Part shown: positions 61,255-64,000 of the stretch, in pieces
Numbering within the stretch: position 1 is the first letter of the stretch
How the letters are laid out: the number at the start of each line of letters is the position of its first letter
IMG/VR virus record: IMGVR_UViG_3300022602_000075
Location: 1-64,000 of that record
Source of the DNA: a virus
Length of the DNA stretch: 64,000 bases
Direction: 5' to 3' (one strand)
Made by a program: the position numbers and the translations under genes
Notes under the pieces: model-generated
Databases searched by the model: none
Seen by the model: only the letters and a program-made list of their open reading frames with translations
Told to the model about the DNA's origin: nothing

Positions 61255-64000
61255 ATGAGTAACAAGTCAGGGCAAGGGGCACTAATCAAAAGCCCCTACG
61301 AAAAAACACACTTTGAAACACCTCAACAACTAGATGAGTTTGTAAAGTGCTGCGACCCTGATACCGGTTATCTTTATTTCATGGACAATTTTTTCTTCAT
61401 ACAACATCCTACTAAGGGTGGTATGAACTATCATCCATGGGATTATCAAAAACGTTTAATACACACATATCACAATTACAGATATAGTATATCGCTCATG
61501 CCCAGACAGTCTGGTAAGTGTTTTGGAATAAATACTACAGTTAAAATAAAAAATATTCACACCGGTAAGGTTGAAGAAATAACTATAGGAAAATTTTATG
61601 AACGATTTAGTAACTTGTCTAATTTGCTCAACAGAGATGAAGGAATTGCACTCTCATCTATTCAGAAAACACAATATGACAGTGACCAAATACAAAGAAG
61701 TCTATCCGAATGCACCAACTCGGTGCCAGCAGTTACTGGAAGCACAATCAAAAAGGGTATCGGGTTCTGGAAATCCTGCATACCAACATGGAGGGAAACT
61801 TTCTCCGTTTTCTCCAAAATTTATTCACGGGGATATATCGGAGCGAACTCAAATCAAAGCCGAACAGTCCCGAAAAGAAAATCAATCACATACTACTACT
61901 CTTGCATATTGGATGAAAGTTACGAATCAAGACGAAGAACAAGCGATTCGTATGCTGACAGATCGGCAAACTACTTTTTCTTTGAAGAAATGCTTAGAAA
62001 AATACGGGAAAGCCAATGGGTTGTTAAGATGGCAAGAACGGCAGCAAAAGTGGTCAAAGAATTTCAAAAAACAAAACTATTCAAATGTCTCACAAAAACT
62101 ATTCCATTTAATAATGGAACATTATGCGTCAGATCAAGTATATTTTGCGACCTTGGAACGGTCGGATATGTTAGACTACCAAAACAAGGAATATCGGCTT
62201 TTATTGGATTCAGGCAAGACTGTTCTACCGGATTTCATCAATATAGCAACGAGAAAAATTATAGAATTCGACGGGATTTATTGGCATGGGCAACATATGG
62301 CGAACCCGCAACGGGAACTAGAAAGAGAACAGCAGATTATTCAAAGTGGATACCAGTTACTAAGAGTTGCCGAGGAAAGATACAAGAAAGATCCTCAACA
62401 AGTGCTTCAAGAATGTCTGAACTTTCTGAATCAGTAGAAAGAAAATTTATAGAGTCATACGAAATAACCGATTATGAAATAACCACTGACACAGGATGGA
62501 AACCAATAACACACCTCCATCGTACTATTCCGTACAATGTTTGGGAAATTAAAACTGTAACAGGATTAATTTTGCAATGCGCCGACACTCATATTTTGTT
62601 TGATGGCTCAATGAATCAAGTTTTTGCAAAAGACTTAACTATTGGTTCGCATATTCATACTGTTAACGGAATAGAAAAAATTAAACATATTAGAGAAACA
62701 AATAATATTGAAAATATGTTCGATTTAACTATTAGAGATGAAAATCACAGATTTTATTCAAATGGTATTTTAAGTCATAATTCTACAAGTGCTGCCGGAT
62801 ACTTGTTGTGGTACGCCATGTTCAACCCGGACTCTACAATTCTGATAGCAGCGCACAAGTACACTGGCGCTCAGGAAATCATGCAGCGTATTAGATATGC
62901 TTATGAAAACTGCCCTAACCACATTAAAGCAGGGGTGACAACTTATAACAAAGGCAGTTTAGACTTTGAAAACGGTAGTCGTATTGTTTCGGCAACAACT
63001 ACCGAAAACACAGGTCGTGGTATGTCTATTACGCTTCTTTACTTAGACGAGTTCGCATTCGTAAGACCTACTATTGCTGAACAATTCTGGACTTCTATTA
63101 CACCTACACTATCAACTGGTGGTAAAGCAATCATTACTTCTACACCAAATAGCGATGAAGATCAATTTGCTCTTATTTGGAAGGGTGCTAATAAAACAGA
63201 AGACGAATATGGTAACGTAACAGAAGTTGGCGTAAACGGCTTCAAAGCATACCGTTCACACTGGTCTGAACAGCCCGGCAGAGACGAAAAATGGGCTGAA
63301 GAAATTAGATCACAATTGGGACAAGATCGCTTCAACCGTGAAATGGAATGCGAATTTATCATCGCCGATGAAACACTGATCAATCCAAACACTCTAATTA
63401 TGCTAGAGGGAACAGAACCTTCTAATAGAATGGGTCAAGTTAGATGGTATAAAGAGCCAACCAAAGGAAATTTATATGTAGTAGGGCTAGACCCAAGTTT
63501 AGGTACAGGTGGAGATCCTGCTGCTATAGAGATTTTTGAAGCAAACACTACGACGCAAATTGGTGAATGGAAGCATAACAAGACTAACATTCCCAGTCAA
63601 GTTAAGTTGCTAGCAGAAATAAACAGATATATTGTAGAAAAGACTAACGAACCAAACAATCTATATTATTCACTAGAAAACAACTCTATAGGTGAAGCTG
63701 CGATAGTTTCTCTGAACGAGTACGGTGAAGCCAATATTCCCGGGATATTCATTAGCGAACCGGGCAAAAAGCGCAGGGGTTTTAACACCACACACAAGAA
63801 CAAATTAGCCGCATGCGCTAAGTTTAAAACTCTGCTAGAAAGCAAGAAGTTAAAAGTTTATAGTCGCAGTCTGATATCTGAATTAAAGACTTTTGTGGCT
63901 TCAGGTGGCAGTTATGCCGCTAAAGTAGGCGACACAGACGATCTTATTATGGCTACACTCCTAGTCGTTAGAATTTTACAGCAGTTGGGCGATTATCACG
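61255..64000 (+). CDS. terL: Terminase large subunit (T4 gp17-like) with intein; partial, runs off window end
   Basis: ATG 61255 after TAAATA. Walker A PRQSGK|STS (split by the intein), Walker B LLYLDEFAF, ITSTPN coupling motif, nuclease motifs VGLDP and DTDDL. Frame read codon by codon through 62820 without a stop. Confidence 0.95.
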   Translation, partial: MSNKSGQGALIKSPYEKTHFETPQQLDEFVKCCDPDTGYLYFMDNFFFIQHPTKGGMNYHPWDYQKRLIHTYHNYRYSISLMPRQSGKCFGINTTVKIKNIHTGKVEEITIGKFYERFSNLSNLLNRDEGIALSSIQKTQYDSDQIQRSLSECTNSVPAVTGSTIKKGIGFWKSCIPTWRETFSVFSKIYSRGYIGANSNQSRTVPKRKSITYYYSCILDESYESRRRTSDSYADRSANYFFFEEMLRKIRESQWVVKMARTAAKVVKEFQKTKLFKCLTKTIPFNNGTLCVRSSIFCDLGTVGYVRLPKQGISAFIGFRQDCSTGFHQYSNEKNYRIRRDLLAWATYGEPATGTRKRTADYSKWIPVTKSCRGKIQERSSTSASRMSELSESVERKFIESYEITDYEITTDTGWKPITHLHRTIPYNVWEIKTVTGLILQCADTHILFDGSMNQVFAKDLTIGSHIHTVNGIEKIKHIRETNNIENMFDLTIRDENHRFYSNGILSHNSTSAAGYLLWYAMFNPDSTILIAAHKYTGAQEIMQRIRYAYENCPNHIKAGVTTYNKGSLDFENGSRIVSATTTENTGRGMSITLLYLDEFAFVRPTIAEQFWTSITPTLSTGGKAIITSTPNSDEDQFALIWKGANKTEDEYGNVTEVGVNGFKAYRSHWSEQPGRDEKWAEEIRSQLGQDRFNREMECEFIIADETLINPNTLIMLEGTEPSNRMGQVRWYKEPTKGNLYVVGLDPSLGTGGDPAAIEIFEANTTTQIGEWKHNKTNIPSQVKLLAEINRYIVEKTNEPNNLYYSLENNSIGEAAIVSLNEYGEANIPGIFISEPGKKRRGFNTTHKNKLAACAKFKTLLESKKLKVYSRSLISELKTFVASGGSYAAKVGDTDDLIMATLLVVRILQQLGDYH
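61519..62781 (+). mobile_element. Intein (421 aa, contiguous) inserted at the terminase Walker A GK|S
   Basis: Block A CFGINTTV, block B LQCADTHIL, block F MFDLTI..ENHRFYSNG, block G ILSHN followed by Ser+1. Removing it restores PRQSGKSTSAAGYLLW. Confidence 0.93.
61598..62437 (+). CDS. Vsr/DUF559-type homing endonuclease nested in the +1 frame inside the intein
   Basis: N-terminal CxxC...H...H zinc finger, GSGNP.Y motif, C-terminal PDF...IIEFDGIYWH...GYQLLRV; AGGA RBS 7 nt upstream; TAAATA at 61529. Confidence 0.88.
   Translation: MNDLVTCLICSTEMKELHSHLFRKHNMTVTKYKEVYPNAPTRCQQLLEAQSKRVSGSGNPAYQHGGKLSPFSPKFIHGDISERTQIKAEQSRKENQSHTTTLAYWMKVTNQDEEQAIRMLTDRQTTFSLKKCLEKYGKANGLLRWQERQQKWSKNFKKQNYSNVSQKLFHLIMEHYASDQVYFATLERSDMLDYQNKEYRLLLDSGKTVLPDFINIATRKIIEFDGIYWHGQHMANPQRELEREQQIIQSGYQLLRVAEERYKKDPQQVLQECLNFLNQ

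Noticed and set aside
61598-62437. Group I intron or ribosomal bypass as the explanation for the endonuclease inside terL
   Set aside because: No intron core is apparent in the flanks, which are intein-coding, and the host frame is already open, so RNA-level removal is not required. RT-PCR would be needed to exclude it fully.
1-64000. Alternative genetic code (stop-codon reassignment)
   Set aside because: Very long ORFs are intact under the standard code, and TAA, TAG and TGA all occur at plausible gene ends.

Overview
A 64-kb segment of a large, AT-rich, T4-like (probably jumbo) myophage. Its spanin pair and GH19 lysin point to a Gram-negative host. In order it encodes: a partial tape-measure-like gene, gp26/gp51-like tail assembly genes, a GC-richer structured non-coding region, a Holliday junction resolvase, gp46/gp47, a gp55-like late sigma factor, a baseplate/tail module with a 6282-aa protein, a tail fibre followed by modification enzymes, a circularly permuted two-piece tmRNA, a multidomain head-packaged-like protein, a MoxR/VWA pair, spanins, a GH19 lysin and the start of the terminase large subunit. 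Four free-standing homing endonuclease genes are interspersed. The most striking feature is missing from the ORF track: the terminase carries a 421-aa intein at its Walker A motif. Inside that intein, a complete 279-aa Vsr/DUF559-type endonuclease gene is encoded in the +1 frame with its own late-promoter motif and RBS, while the intein frame stays stop-free across all ~280 overlapping codons. This looks like an unsplit, dual-coded version of the known fractured-gene (split intein plus endonuclease) arrangement. Also notable: leaderless-type late promoters, TonB-box-like motifs in a tail protein, a candidate -1 frameshift, and an HNH cassette that duplicates the tmRNA promoter and 5' end. All protein calls come from motif recognition by eye; no searches were run.
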